A stretch of DNA of 64,000 nt from Eledone cirrhosa (Eukaryota). The notes beneath the pieces are model-generated. The model ran no database searches. It saw only the letters and a list, made by a program, of their open reading frames with translations, and was not told the origin of the DNA. Location: NCBI GenBank assembly GCA_964016885.1, contig OZ024743.1:278008001-278072000 (forward strand), given 5' to 3'. Both the position numbers and the translations under genes were made by a program. This document shows, one piece after another, positions 30,040-45,650 of this stretch (position 1 is its first letter; each line of letters begins with the position of its first letter).

Positions 30040-30202
30040 CAATATATACCAGTTTTATAAATGAACATTGTCGTACCCTTTCAAAATGCAACCGTTACTT
30101 TTTGAAGACATCAGGATAGTATTTATCCTGAGGTCTTCAAAAAGTAACGGTTGCATTTTGAAAGGGTACGACAATGTTCATTTATAAAACTGGTATATAT
30201 TG

Positions 30203-30267
30203 TATTTTGTCTGATGAAGGCATACCATAATTTAACTTGGTATCCTTGAAATATGTATAATGAAATA
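30203..30267 (+). ncRNA. Hammerhead ribozyme (family C)
   Basis: tattttgt CTGATGA aggcatacca-taatttaact-tggtatcctt GAAA tatgta TA atgaaata. Confidence 0.82.
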
Positions 30268-30306
30268 AATATGGTTTTATAAATATAGTTTCCATTTGTT
30301 AATATC

Positions 30307-30375
<69 letters not shown>

Positions 30376-30582
30376 AGTATGTATACGTACATACATATAT
30401 GTATACAGACGTACAGTAGTATGTATATACATACATGCACACACATATATATATATGTATGTAAGTATGTGTTTACCGAACATTTATTATAATGCTCGGT
30501 TTGTTTGTAAACAAACAGCCCGAATTAAGCCGTACAGTGTTCGGCAACAGTCGTTGCCCTTTTGTTCAACACTGACAAAGGA

Positions 30583-30625
30583 ACGATGAACTAGTTTCTA
30601 GCTTATTAGCTGTCATCAGCACCGT
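30583..30625 (-). ncRNA. Hammerhead (family B copy 30372-30696)
   Basis: acggtg CTGATGA cagc-taataa-gcta GAAA ctag TT catcgt. Confidence 0.85.
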
Positions 30626-30935
30626 ATACCTTCCTGTCAGTCTATTGAAGGTTTGAACGTTTGAAAGTATATACTTTCCTTATGCATATTAACGGCATAT
30701 TAAAGACCAGATACCTCCGGCGAGCGCGAAACAATAACTAAAAAAAAGTCATTGGGATTCCTATAACTTTCTTTAGTTACTGTTCGCGCTCGCCAGAGGT
30801 ATCTGGTCTTTAATGCGAAGAAACACCTATGATGGCGAGTAGCTCACTGATGACGGATAGTCCTGGCTTCTATTTCTAATTCTTCATTTAATTTGTATAT
30901 CATATTTGCAACCACACATCACGCCATTTTTCATT

Positions 30936-31142
<207 letters not shown>

Positions 31143-31207
31143 ATGTTTGTTTGTACATTCATGCATGCGTATATTTATTTATTATATTCAATTATATATA
31201 TATACAC

Positions 31208-31292
<85 letters not shown>

Positions 31293-31319
31293 CATATATA
31301 TATATTTATATATATACAT

Positions 31320-31357
<38 letters not shown>

Positions 31358-31682
31358 AAGGGTAAAGACGCCGTTCGGTCACGAATGACCATGGGATTTG
31401 CACCTAGAAAGTTTTCCTCCGAGGCACAAGTCCAAGCAAGGTTGTTTGGTGAAGACCAATAGTCGCCCATGCATACCAGTCTCCCCTCTCCACGCCACCG
31501 ATGAGGTCGAAGGGAAAGGCAACGGCCGATACAGCTTGGCACCAGTGACGTCGCGACTTATTTCTACAGCTGAGTAAACTGGAGCAATGTGAAATAAAGT
31601 GTCTTGCTCAAGGAAACAACACATCACCCGGTCCGAGAATTGAACTCACAACATTTCGATTGCAAGCCCAATGATTTTCACT
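31358..31682 (-). mobile_element. tRNA-derived CORE-type SINE
   Basis: Reverse homologue of 7919-8205. Confidence 0.82.
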
Positions 31683-31876
31683 ATATATATATATAAATAT
31701 AAATTCAGCTAGAATCGAATCAGAGTTATGCTGGCAAGAGCTCCATAGTTAAAAAACCAGAGCTAAACATATATGTAAAAACGCCATACAAACTGAAAAA
31801 GTGGTCAAGAAGACATTAACCACCTAAGCTAAAAAAACATGTCAAGCTAAACAAGTCAAACAAAATAAATGATAAA

Positions 31877-31922
<46 letters not shown>

Positions 31923-32071
31923 TATGTATAAATAGTATGTGAATTTAATTTCGTATATTTAAAGATATACAGTATATTTAATAAACGAACATTTAGAAAG
32001 CCCAGCTATGAATATTGAAAGGGTGACGGGTAGCGCAGTCTAGCGAATTCCGACAGAAGCAACGGGAGGCA

Positions 32072-32114
32072 ACTGTCTATGCGTATCTCAAGCTCTTGCT
32101 ATCATCAGAACAGT
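32072..32114 (-). ncRNA. Decayed hammerhead (family E-related; GAGA instead of GAAA)
   Basis: actgtt CTGATGA tagc-aaga-gctt GAGA tacgca TA gacagt. Confidence 0.65.
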
Positions 32115-32135
32115 GCTACCTCTGCTCTCTGTTGG

Positions 32136-32171
<36 letters not shown>

Positions 32172-32173
<2 letters not shown>

Positions 32174-32344
32174 CGAAGGAAATGTGGTAAGGAACCAGGT
32201 GGACCATAACGCACCAAAGTACTCAATACTTAGGGTAGTAGAGTGGGTAATAGGAACGAGTGGGACCCCGACGGCTGAGCTCAAGCCGTTTCGAATTAGC
32301 CGTCGAAACGGCTTGAGCTCAGCCGTCGGGGTCCCACTCGTTCC

Positions 32345-32347
<3 letters not shown>
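32172..32347. mobile_element. Family A copy
   Basis: Matches 4120-4313. Confidence 0.9.
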
Positions 32348-32409
<62 letters not shown>

Positions 32410-32424
32410 ATGTGTGTGTGTGAC

Positions 32425-32589
32425 TATGTAATAAACAACACAATATAATTATTCCATTACCCAAGGTTTCACGAAGTCAGTCGATTCTAACAGAGGCGAA
32501 TGAATCCGTTCATCAGACGCCTGTTAGAATCGACTGACTTCGTGAAACCTTGGGTAATGGAATAATTATATTGTGTTGTTTATTACATA
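32425..32589. mobile_element. Family G palindrome containing a minus-strand HHR (32455-32519)
   Basis: Reverse complement: cgt CTGATGA acgga...ttcgt GAAA ccttggg TA atg; 3' part recurs at 36441-36491. Confidence 0.8.
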
Positions 32590-32622
32590 ATTAAATATCT
32601 CTGTACTATATATATATATACA

Positions 32623-32669
<47 letters not shown>

Positions 32670-32925
32670 TCGATTACACACTCTGTATTTATACAGATAT
32701 ACCTATATCAAACACTTCCGATGCTAACGCACATTTTACTAAATATGTATATAAGTGTAAATATATATATAATATTACTAAAATGAATAAAGATGTCGAG
32801 TCCGAGAAACTACAGACTTTAAACTGCCTATATTGCTCAATTGTAATTAACATGTTCTTGCATTCTTTGCAAATTATCTCTTATTTATTGTTTGATATAT
32901 TTCTATATATGTCATTGGCTCTCGA

Positions 32926-33088
<163 letters not shown>

Positions 33089-33809
33089 GTGTGTGTGTGT
33101 GTGTGTGTGTGTAAACATGTAAGTGTTTATATAAAGCAGATGACCGGATCTTATGGTGAGGTATGATGTGTTTTTCTAGAAAATTGTGATTGTGTTCATT
33201 CTATTTCTGGTATACATACAGATCAATTTCCACTTTATTCATTTGAAGACACTTTACAAAATATCGTGTCATATATGTAAGCAGATTCACATGACATGCC
33301 CGAGAGAAAAAACATCTAAACGCTTGCTATAATATCAATATTTACTAAAACAAAAATGTGCAACAGAATTATATTATAGTAAAAATTCTTTTTACGAAAT
33401 GACTACATTTGAGATGGATTCTGCCCAGTTCATATTTACGAAAGTAAAAGAATAGATCAAATAAAATTAAGCTTATACAAATATATGATTCCACAATTTT
33501 AAGATTTAGCGTGAATTATGTATTTATGTAATAAACACATTAAATATGTACTCACTGAAGGAGACACATATACAGTATTTATATAATACTCGTCATGAAT
33601 AGGGAATATTTACTTCGACGTTTCATCGAAGATACCAACTTTTTTATGAGTTGGTTACTTCGAAGAAACTTCGAATTGAACAGTCGACATTGATAACAAA
33701 AATCGTTCCATAGTGTTAATAATGAGGGACGATGGTGATGATGTATAGAATCGAAGCGATATCCAGAAGAAAAGTGCAATGAACCGAAAATGTACATCGC
33801 TGTCCTTAA

Positions 33810-34661
33810 TCTATATATCTAAAACATAGAATGTCTGTCTGTCTGACTCCCTAAAACTCGAGAACCACCCAACCGATAGTATTACATGTGTAAATTTTGA
33901 AAAAAATCGGTTGGGTGGTTCTCGAGTTTTAGGGAGTCAGGCAGACAGACAGACAGACAGACATTCTCTGTTTTAGATATAGAGATATTCGTGTACAGAT
34001 ATTATTACATACACAAAAACAAAATATAAACAAACAAGACCAGCGATTACATAGTCAACGGTTCGGAAATCACATGCATCAATGACGAGTTTACTCCTTA
34101 CTCTACCAGTTAGTCTTAGTGTACTTCATCCTGCTTTTAGGAGGTGCTACCATCATTTTTTAGGTAGACGAGCCGGAAGGGGGTATACATGAATGGCTAA
34201 AGAAGGACGAGGCTGTGTTAGTAGTACGACCAACGGCTGCTATCACACCAACAGTCGCAAAACAACAACAAAGAGAGGGAACGCAATTACATTATTTGAA
34301 AAATCTTAATGGGAAATTATTTGCCTATTCACCCAAGGCGACTTCACTTTTTATTAGGACTTCTGCATCAATTGGTGAACATACGACAAAATATTGCAAG
34401 GAGTAAGACCCCACCACTCTCCACCACTGCAGTCTCACATGCTTACTGCTCTGTAACTATTGCTATCATTGTACCATAGCACAACAAATACATGTTCGGT
34501 TTGTTGAATGCCATTTTCATTGAATTTTTTTCATAAGCACAAAATGTAGACACCATCCCCAGGCCGAGGTATCCCGTACTTCTCTGTACTGTTTCAGAAA
34601 GGAGGGATAAACATGCCAATCTATGTTCAGAATACCGAGCAACGCCGGGCCATTCTGCCAG
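33810..34661 (+). mobile_element. Non-autonomous Helitron copy 1 (5' end folded into an inverted repeat)
   Basis: A|TCtatatat...(gtct)n...aactcgagaacc; ends ccgagcaacgccggg...CCAG. Confidence 0.75.
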
Positions 34662-35056
34662 TCTATATATGTAAAACAGAGAATGTCTGTCTGTCTGATT
34701 CCATAAAACTCGAGAACCACCAAATCGATTTTTTTCAAACTTTACACATGTAATACTTATAGTCGTGTGAGTGTTTTGAGCAAAGAGAATTTCAAATTAT
34801 CAATGCCCTAGGGACCGCATTAGGTGCCGAACGTCGTATGTCTGGTGTCTGCATTACGACATTATGACACTATCTGTGTGTCTGTGTATATATGTATATA
34901 TATAGTGTGTGTATATATATATATATATATATAGTATGTAAGTATGTAACGTTTTTCGAAATATTTACTTCTGCTTTCACAGATTGATTTTTTTAGTTTC
35001 AGAAGATTCCGTTAAGGATGAAAGCAGCGATTCTTCGCTTAAACTTTCATCTGTTA

Positions 35057-35148
<92 letters not shown>

Positions 35149-35574
35149 TATATTCGTGTACAGATGTTTTTGCATACACAATAACAAAATATAAGCAAAC
35201 GTATTTATTTGACGAGGCTCGATAAGGATAAATATATATCAAATATATAAGAACCCTAAAGCAAATATTATTCTCATTGCTGACGAGGAAGAAGGGGATA
35301 TTTGAAGAAGAACGAGACTGTGTTAGTAGTACGACCAACGGCTGCTATCACACCAACAGCAGCAAAAATAACAACAAAAAAGAGAGGGAACACAATTACA
35401 TGCTTTTGAAAAATCATAATGGAAAATGATTTACCTATTCACCCACCGCGACTTCACTTTTTATTAGGACTTCTGTATCAATTAGTGAACATACGACGAA
35501 ACTGTTTCAGAAAGGAGGGATAAACATGCCAATCTATGTTTAGAATCCCGAGCAACGCCGGGCCATTGTGCTAG
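34662..35574 (+). mobile_element. Non-autonomous Helitron copy 2
   Basis: TC start; cccg-agcaacgc-cggg hairpin, CTAG|T end. Confidence 0.8.
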
Positions 35575-35995
35575 TGTATGGCTATAAGCATAAGAAAGAA
35601 AAGATGTCTTGGACAGAGAAATATTTTCCGTAAGAATTAGAAGACGTGAATTCCAAAAAGGGTAGTGTTGCTTCCATTGTATTATACAGATACGAAAGAT
35701 TACACAGCTATATACATTGGAGGAGAACAATTCAGTAGATTTTGTGGTTTTTATACTATTAATATGTGCTGCTATACCCTATATAGTTGGAAAATTGGGA
35801 AGGAACACACACAGAAAATAGTCAGATCGACTATTGTTTTCTGGTCACAGTCAGCAACTTATAAGTTTAAATATAGAAAAAGTTTTACAGCAAGGATATA
35901 AAGATCGAAGATATAAAGTTCGTGTTTCAAAGACAAACACACACATATCACGAACACAATCTCAAGCACACACACACACACACACACGCGCACGT

Positions 35996-36146
<151 letters not shown>

Positions 36147-36258
36147 CACATCCACACACACATACACACACACATATATATATATATGTATGGATGTATA
36201 ATTAAATATACTAAGTCCTGAGTAAAATTGGAGGGTAACACAGTTAATAACAGGTATT

Positions 36259-36364
<106 letters not shown>

Positions 36365-36514
36365 GTATTTCCGTAGAAAAGGTAAAGGAAAGAAAAGTGC
36401 TCAATGTATAGTACGGACACCTTTGTTGAGGTCGCCTGTTTTCGTGAAACCTTTGGTAATTGGAATAATTGTATTGTTTTTTTATTACATAATATATATA
36501 TGGCAGTAAGTTAT

Positions 36515-36557
36515 ACGGTGCTGACGATAGTTAATAAGCTTGAAACTTGTACATCGT
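36515..36557 (+). ncRNA. Hammerhead (family B copy 36511-36815)
   Basis: acggtg CTGACGA tagttaataagctt GAAA cttg TA catcgt. Confidence 0.8.
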
Positions 36558-36834
36558 TCCATTGCCAGTGTTGAACAAAAGGGCAACGATGGTTGCTAAA
36601 CACTGTACGGCTTAATTCGGGATGTTTGTTTACAAACAAACCGATCATTATAATAAATGTTCGGTGAATCCATGCGTACATATATATATGTGTGCATGTA
36701 TGTATATATATGCATAGTGCTGTACGTCTGTATACATATATGTATGTACGTATACATACTTATATTTAAGTAACAGCCGTACTAAAAATGGGAAATTTCG
36801 TTTCATTTTTTCCATATATATATATATATCATAA

Positions 36835-37786
36835 TCTATAAAGCTCAGTGTGTGGTCATGCTCCTTTCTTATAGAAATCTACGATATAGAATTTCTTCAA
36901 TTAAAATTTACAATTCAGTATTCGAAATAGCTTCGATTGCGTCTTGGCACAGATAATTTTTTTCAATTTCACCCACAATTACGCAAAAAATAGATAAAAC
37001 TCAATATTTTACGATTTTTCTCTGTCATTTAAACTGCTAAACTCTTTCCACTACCATTCAAAATCTATACAACTTCATACTTTCTGCTACTTTCTCTTTC
37101 CAAGCTTGATGGTGATACTGTCCGTTTTACTCTCTCATATCTTCTGCCTACCTGTAACTACAACCCACACATTTTGCTACTTTATCTTTTATACAGATAC
37201 ATTTATACAACAACAAGCGATAATTAAAACCTCTTTTCCAAACGTATACAAACACAGACACACTTCAACAACAACAACAACAATCTGCCTTTTATAGATA
37301 ATGATAAACAATAATATCCTCTATGAGGTCACCAAACCTGCTAGAAACAGCAGCTAACTCTCCCCCATACCACACCCCTCCCTACTGTCTTAAATTTAGA
37401 AAACACATATCCTCTATGAGGTCACTAAACCTACTAGAAACAACAGCTAACTCTCCCTCATATCACAACCCTTTCTACTGTCTTAAATTTAGAAAACACA
37501 CAGACAACCATGCAGAACAACTCCATCGCAGCTCTGTTGTTCGGCTGGCATCGTCTACGCGCGCGTTGCGCAAGTACTGTGAAACAATAAATTTCAACAC
37601 TTTTTTGCACAGAGATAATATCCATAGGCGAAACTACAATTGTCACTGCTGGCGCAGCTCCTGCTTCCAGGTCTGCAATTCATTCACCCAGTGCCTGGCA
37701 GACAAAAAAGTGCTGCCATAAAATGGGTGGTGCAACCTAACTTAGGTAACTTAATGACCCCGAGCAACGCCGGGCTTTAATGCTAG
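36835..37786 (+). mobile_element. Non-autonomous Helitron, second family
   Basis: A|TCtataaa start; cccgagcaacgccggg hairpin + CTAG|T end. Confidence 0.65.
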
Positions 37787-37787
37787 T

Positions 37788-37864
<77 letters not shown>

Positions 37865-37914
37865 CATATATATATACACACACATATATATATGTATATA
37901 TATATACATATAAG

Positions 37915-37992
<78 letters not shown>

Positions 37993-38002
37993 TACTATAC
38001 AC

Positions 38003-38040
<38 letters not shown>

Positions 38041-38041
<1 letters not shown>

Positions 38042-38234
38042 ACAAAGGAAATGTGGTAAGGAACCAGATGGACCATAACGCACCAGTGTACTCCATACTT
38101 AGGGTAGGAGAGTGGGAAATAGGAAAAAGTATGACCCCGACGGCAGAGTTTAAGCCGTTTCGACGGCTATTTCTGGACTATCCAGAAATAGCCGTCGAAA
38201 CGGCTTGAGCTCTGCCATCGGAGTCATACTTTTT

Positions 38235-38239
<5 letters not shown>
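38041..38239. mobile_element. Family A copy
   Basis: Matches 4120-4313, with private variants in both arms. Confidence 0.9.
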
Positions 38240-38290
<51 letters not shown>

Positions 38291-38775
38291 CATAGGTAGA
38301 TACGTAGACAGAGAGTTAGTCAGATAAAGAGGTAAAGGAAAAGAACGAAATGGAGAAAGTTTAAGAATGAGGTGGAGGGAGATTTGTGAAATATTTATGC
38401 CGCCATTGGAGGTGTAGCTGTGTGTTTATGAATGAGTGTATATACATTATATGACTGAGTATATGAATGTTCGCATATTCGTGTGAGGGAGTTAGAGTAT
38501 TTATGAGGAAAGCAACTATTTAATTCATCCCAATTAATTCTTTAGTCGGCGTTTGGAACGACATCAAAGGACATACTTCGATATTTAATGAATGTGCCAT
38601 CACTGCTGTGTTTGAAAGGTAAAATACTAATTAGTTTCAGATAATATACATATAGACATATACGTATGTATGTATGTATGTATGTATGTATGTATGTATG
38701 TATGTATGTATGTATGTATGTATGTATGTATGTATGTATGTATGTACGTACGTATGTATGTATATACACACACAT

Positions 38776-38855
<80 letters not shown>

Positions 38856-39025
38856 AGTTGGTTTATGTATATGTATGAATATATGTGTATTTATAAATAT
38901 ATATACACACATACAATACATATTTATATATAAGTGTATATATATATATATATATATATGTATATGTATATATACATATATATATATATGTAAATATATA
39001 TATGTATATATATGTGTATATATAA

Positions 39026-39092
<67 letters not shown>

Positions 39093-39098
39093 TACGTG

Positions 39099-39132
<34 letters not shown>

Positions 39133-39503
39133 AACATATACATTCAAGTGTACATACGTACATGTATGGGTATATTGTTATGCATCTATATTGCTTCACA
39201 AGTCGACACATATCATGAGCACAATTGCATATGTGCGTATGCTCTCGCCTACAAATACACATGTGCGCGCATGATAAAAGAAGGGAATATATAAACTCTA
39301 ACACAAACGCAGCCATACCCACAGACATACACATATACATACATGCCTACGTTCAGCCCCCCCCCTATAATAATATATAGATAGATAGATAGATGTATAT
39401 ATATATATGCACATATATATGCATCTGCATGCATATCTATCTATCTATCTATACATATATATATAATATAATATAAATATGTATATGTATATATATACAT
39501 ATA

Positions 39504-39550
<47 letters not shown>

Positions 39551-39560
39551 TTTTATATAT

Positions 39561-39611
<51 letters not shown>

Positions 39612-39671
39612 ATATAAATACATCTATATAAGTACATATATATGCATATATATGTATATATATAAATATAT

Positions 39672-40987
<1,316 letters not shown>

Positions 40988-41003
40988 TATATATATATGT
41001 ATG

Positions 41004-41073
<70 letters not shown>

Positions 41074-41095
41074 TATATATATATATATATACATA

Positions 41096-41133
<38 letters not shown>

Positions 41134-41311
41134 GATAGAGACTTCACCTGAGTGCAAGAGTTAAGGCACGTCATTTTCGATGTTCTTCGTATATTATATT
41201 AGAGGCCGTCACACTGTATCATCAAATACGTGTCATATACTCCCAGAATACTACTTCAAACCTGCATGTCTATATATATATATGCATACATTCATACATA
41301 TATGGATACAG

Positions 41312-41353
<42 letters not shown>

Positions 41354-41531
41354 ATGTGGGTGTGTCTGTGGTTTGTGTATGGCGATCAGGAACATTCACG
41401 GGTGGGTTCATTTAGTGTTTAATTAGATTTTGTTTTATCGTGACGAATGTCAAATTTCTGTCACAAATCCCCACTCATGAATGATATGCATTCATTCGTG
41501 CTTATATGCATACATACATAATTACATACTT

Positions 41532-41841
<310 letters not shown>

Positions 41842-42147
41842 ATATATGTATATACATATACACACACATATATATATATATATATATGCATACATACATA
41901 TGTATATATATATAATATATAAATATACATATTTATATATATTTAATATATATCAATATATATATATATATAAATATATGTATATATGAAATATCTAAAT
42001 AATTATATACGTGGATGTGTATCTGTGTGTGGGGGTTCGTGTACGTATGTATATACTAAGAGTAAAAGCGGGGCTGGAGCATTAGTGTGCTGCAAAGACT
42101 GAAACATTAAAATATTATTCAATCACGCATGCACGAACACATTCACT

Positions 42148-42195
<48 letters not shown>

Positions 42196-42215
42196 TATAG
42201 ATATATATACATATA

Positions 42216-42267
<52 letters not shown>

Positions 42268-42268
<1 letters not shown>

Positions 42269-42585
42269 ATTAAGTATACGGGGAACGGAATTAAGAGTAT
42301 TCCGCAGTTCACAGTAATAATAATAATATTAGCTCAAAGAGGAATAGAGAATTTTCTTCTGAGCTCAAATACAAATATAAATATATTACACAAAGAGAAG
42401 TGTGTTACACAGTGAGATGTGTGTAAAGAATTATTACAAGTGAGTTTTGCCGTTAATGTATAGAGAACAATATCTAGCAATTAAATAGAAAAAAAACTAA
42501 GTCAGAATCAAATCTCTGAAGTAGAGTTTTAAATTAGCAATCTTATAACTATAAGTTTGCTGATACGAATCTATAACATATATTG

Positions 42586-42640
<55 letters not shown>

Positions 42641-43322
42641 TATATATAGTTTTTTTTCTATTTAATTGCTAGATATTGTTCTCTATACAGTAACGGTAAA
42701 ACTCACTTGTAATAATTCTTTACACACATCTCACTGTGTAACACACTTCTCTTTGTGTAATATGTTTATATTTGTATTTGAGCTCAGAAGAAAATTCTCT
42801 ATTCCTCTTTGAGCTAATATTATTATTATTACTGTGAACTGCGGAATACTCTTAATTCCGATCCTCGTATACTTAATAGCTCCAAATTGTTGAGCTAATA
42901 AATTCGAATGGTTGGGCTGCCCTCTCTAGCATTTCCCCCCAATCAATGAGAGCCGTTATTTGATGCAGATAACACGTGATTTCGCCCTACTCTGGGCAGC
43001 GTGTATTAGCTTTCTCTCTATCCATGAGGTTAGATGTGTCGTGAACAGCATCCACATTTGCTGACTGAGGATCCTGTGGGCTGTTGTACTGCACATTTCT
43101 GTGGTGAAACGAACTAGATTCGTATCAGCAAAACTTATAGTTATAAGGTTGGTAATTTAAAACTCTACTTCAGAGATTTGATTCTGACTTAGTTTTTTTC
43201 TATTTAATTGCTAAACCTGTAGCTATTGTTCTCTATACAGTAACAGTAAAATTCACTTAAAATGATTATTTACACACATCTCACTGTGTAACACACTTCT
43301 CTTTGTGTAATATATTTATATT

Positions 43323-43325
<3 letters not shown>
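42268..43325. mobile_element. Penelope pLTR-like composite (inverted + tandem partial copies)
   Basis: 42268-42575 is reverse-complementary to 42647-42880 and 43115-43325. Confidence 0.8.
43057..43132 (+). ncRNA. Hammerhead with full stem III
   Basis: tttgctga CTGAGGA ... GAAA cgaa-ctaga-ttcg TA tcagcaaa; 8-bp stem I; weak stem II. Confidence 0.78.
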
Positions 43326-43365
<40 letters not shown>

Positions 43366-43367
43366 GA

Positions 43368-43399
<32 letters not shown>

Positions 43400-43471
43400 G
43401 AATAAATATATATATATATATAAGTATATATAGAATTCACAAGAATCAAAGCTATGTTCAAAGCATTTATT

Positions 43472-43518
43472 CACTTACAATTGTTTCATCCAAACCTAGG
43501 CTTGGAGTCTTCGGACCA
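43472..43518 (-). ncRNA. Decayed or truncated hammerhead
   Basis: CCGAAGA ctccaagc-ctag-gtttggat GAAA caattg TA agtg AATAAA; stem I lost. Confidence 0.6.
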
Positions 43519-43898
43519 TTTTTCAATGTTTGTACATATAATTGACCCCCTATCCAACGCAAGAGACATACAGATACATATATATATATATTGATGTACA
43601 GTGGAGTGACATATATTATACTATACTATCTTTGTACAGCAATTCAAATTCAAAATCAAAATTAAAATACATTCGGCAGATAACACAGATAATGTAAGAG
43701 GATAGTTTGATAGTCAGATCTAGTAGGTAGTGTATGCGTTAGTTACACATGGAGCATGCAAGTGTGTCTCATTTTTATACGATTATTGTGTGACAAGGTG
43801 TTACATGTAATGCAAGCACTATAAGCGGGTAAGCAAGAGTATTATGGTGGTTGTAGTGGTAGGGTATTTTTTGTATAGATAAAAAAAGTATGTGTGCA

Positions 43899-43986
43899 GA
43901 AAAAGAAAAAGAAAAAGAAAAAGAAAAAGAAAAAGAAAAAGAAAAAGAAAAAGAAAAAGAAAAAGAAAAAGAAAAAGAAAAAGAAA
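43899..43986. repeat. (AAAAAG)n microsatellite
   Basis: Direct reading. Confidence 0.95.
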
Positions 43987-44082
43987 GTTATAGTTTTCGT
44001 ATCCACCACCATTTTCACATTCAGAAAAAGTAAGAAATAGTTTTTACATCCATCACATAAGTTACGATGATTCCCTATTGAA

Positions 44083-44233
44083 TGTTTGATGCATTAAATT
44101 ATTGTAGCGTATTGAGGCTCAGTGTTATTTAATCCACATTTGTAGATTCTCGCAGCAGAAAGAACCTATACTATAAATGTGGATTAAATAACACTGAGCC
44201 TCAATACGCTACAATAATTTAATGCATCAAACA
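44083..44233. repeat. ~60-bp-arm inverted repeat
   Basis: tgtttgatgcattaaatt.../...aatttaatgcatcaaaca. Confidence 0.9.
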
Positions 44234-44434
44234 GCCTCTTTTTAAGCAATGTCAGGAAAATGACCCCGCCATTCTTGCCCTTGTATTGGCATACTTTTCT
44301 TATATATATATATACATGTGTGTGTGTGTGTGTGCATGTGTGATTGAATAATGCATATTTATATGTTTGTGTGTGTGTGTGTAAAAGAAACTAAAATAAA
44401 TAAGTCAAATATTTAAAATTTGGCTTCGTTTATT

Positions 44435-44489
44435 ACTGCTATATATATTTCGGTGACAGCCATCTTTGGCTGTGACCTCTTCAGGCAGT
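44435..44489 (-). ncRNA. Minimal hammerhead ribozyme
   Basis: actgc CTGAAGA ggtcacagcc-aaagat-ggctgtcacc GAAA tatata TA gcagt AATAAA. Confidence 0.9.
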
Positions 44490-44605
44490 TCGAATTAGTG
44501 TGGTACAGACTAGTATAGATGTTGTTGAGGTGTTTAACTTTGTCAATACTCTGATATGGCCAGTTCCTGGTTGGGTTGTTATTTCACTGAGGAACTGGAA
44601 TCATA

Positions 44606-44657
<52 letters not shown>

Positions 44658-44803
44658 GTATTCCAATGTTACTAAGTAGTTGCATTGGATGGAGTCAACT
44701 GACGTCAGAGATTGCTCAACGTATAATAAAGTGTGTTTTAAAATCCGGAGAAAATATGGAGAAAAAATTTACGAAATGGAAATGCGGGTATATAGAATTT
44801 ATT

Positions 44804-44920
44804 AGGTAACAATTGTTTCTATAGTGTATGAGTTACCTATACCTCGCTATTTGAATAATACACAAATATTATCAAAAACCGAAAGTACACTGTAAGCCAA
44901 CACACCATGTCATCAGACCT
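44804..44920 (-). ncRNA. Hammerhead with long stem II in the 3' pLTR of a Penelope-like element
   Basis: aggt CTGATGA catggtgtgt...atacactata GAAA caattg TT acct AATAAA. Confidence 0.8.
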
Positions 44921-45329
44921 TTGTATTAGAATGATATGAAAATATTTTATACACTAGATAAAAGATAAAGAAGGAGGTAGGAAGAGAAGGGGAAGAGGGA
45001 AGTGAGTAAGGTGGAGGGAGTCTTAGGGTTTAAGACTGTCAGACTAGTATAGATTGTGAAGAGAGAATGTTTTGGCAGCAGTTAGCTTAATGAGGCGTGC
45101 TAAGGTTGGCTGGGAATTAGATACTTCTAGTGGTGTTGTTCGGACAAAATTTAGTTAGAGGGGTCAAAGTGGTACAATGTCACAGACATGTTATTAGGGC
45201 TATTATAGTACAGGTTATTTCTAAAGGGGTCCAGAAAAACAGTGTTTAGTACTATTATTATAGAAAGTCATATCTAGTGTATAAACATATAAGACAGAAA
45301 TTTGCAAACGTTGGTGTAAAAAGGTAACA

Positions 45330-45650
45330 TTATATGCATTTAAAAAAAGAAAAAGTCGTTTTCAAACGATGGTTACAGTATAGAGAACGTTCAATTTTGC
45401 TGTTCAAAAGTTTGTTTACCGACGTTAAAATGCAGTATATCTCTAAATTGCATAACTTGCAGAATCGATGATTTTGCTGATATGCAGGCGCAGCTGTAAT
45501 AATTTGCCAATCAAGGGAGAACGCTTGATTGTTCCTCCGAAGCTGCCAGGCTTTATCGGCGAGGGTTGTTACGGAGCGCATTTTCTCGTGCCTGATCGAA
45601 GATCGATGTTGGTATAGGCGAGCCTTGAAAGAAGTTGCGGTACAATATAT
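45330..45650 (-). pseudogene. C-terminal GIY-YIG endonuclease of a Penelope-like retroelement (5'-truncated)
   Basis: FKARLYQH..S...T.L...W.L....W.II....Y....CKLCNLE..I....LN..E...CNH pattern. Confidence 0.8.

Noticed and set aside
30846-30870. CTGATGA cgga-tag-tcc
   Set aside because: No GAAA, stem III or stem I partner
41165-41232. Minus-strand TTGATGA...GAAA with cacgt/acgtg
   Set aside because: No stem III or cleavage triplet, and stem II is unconvincing
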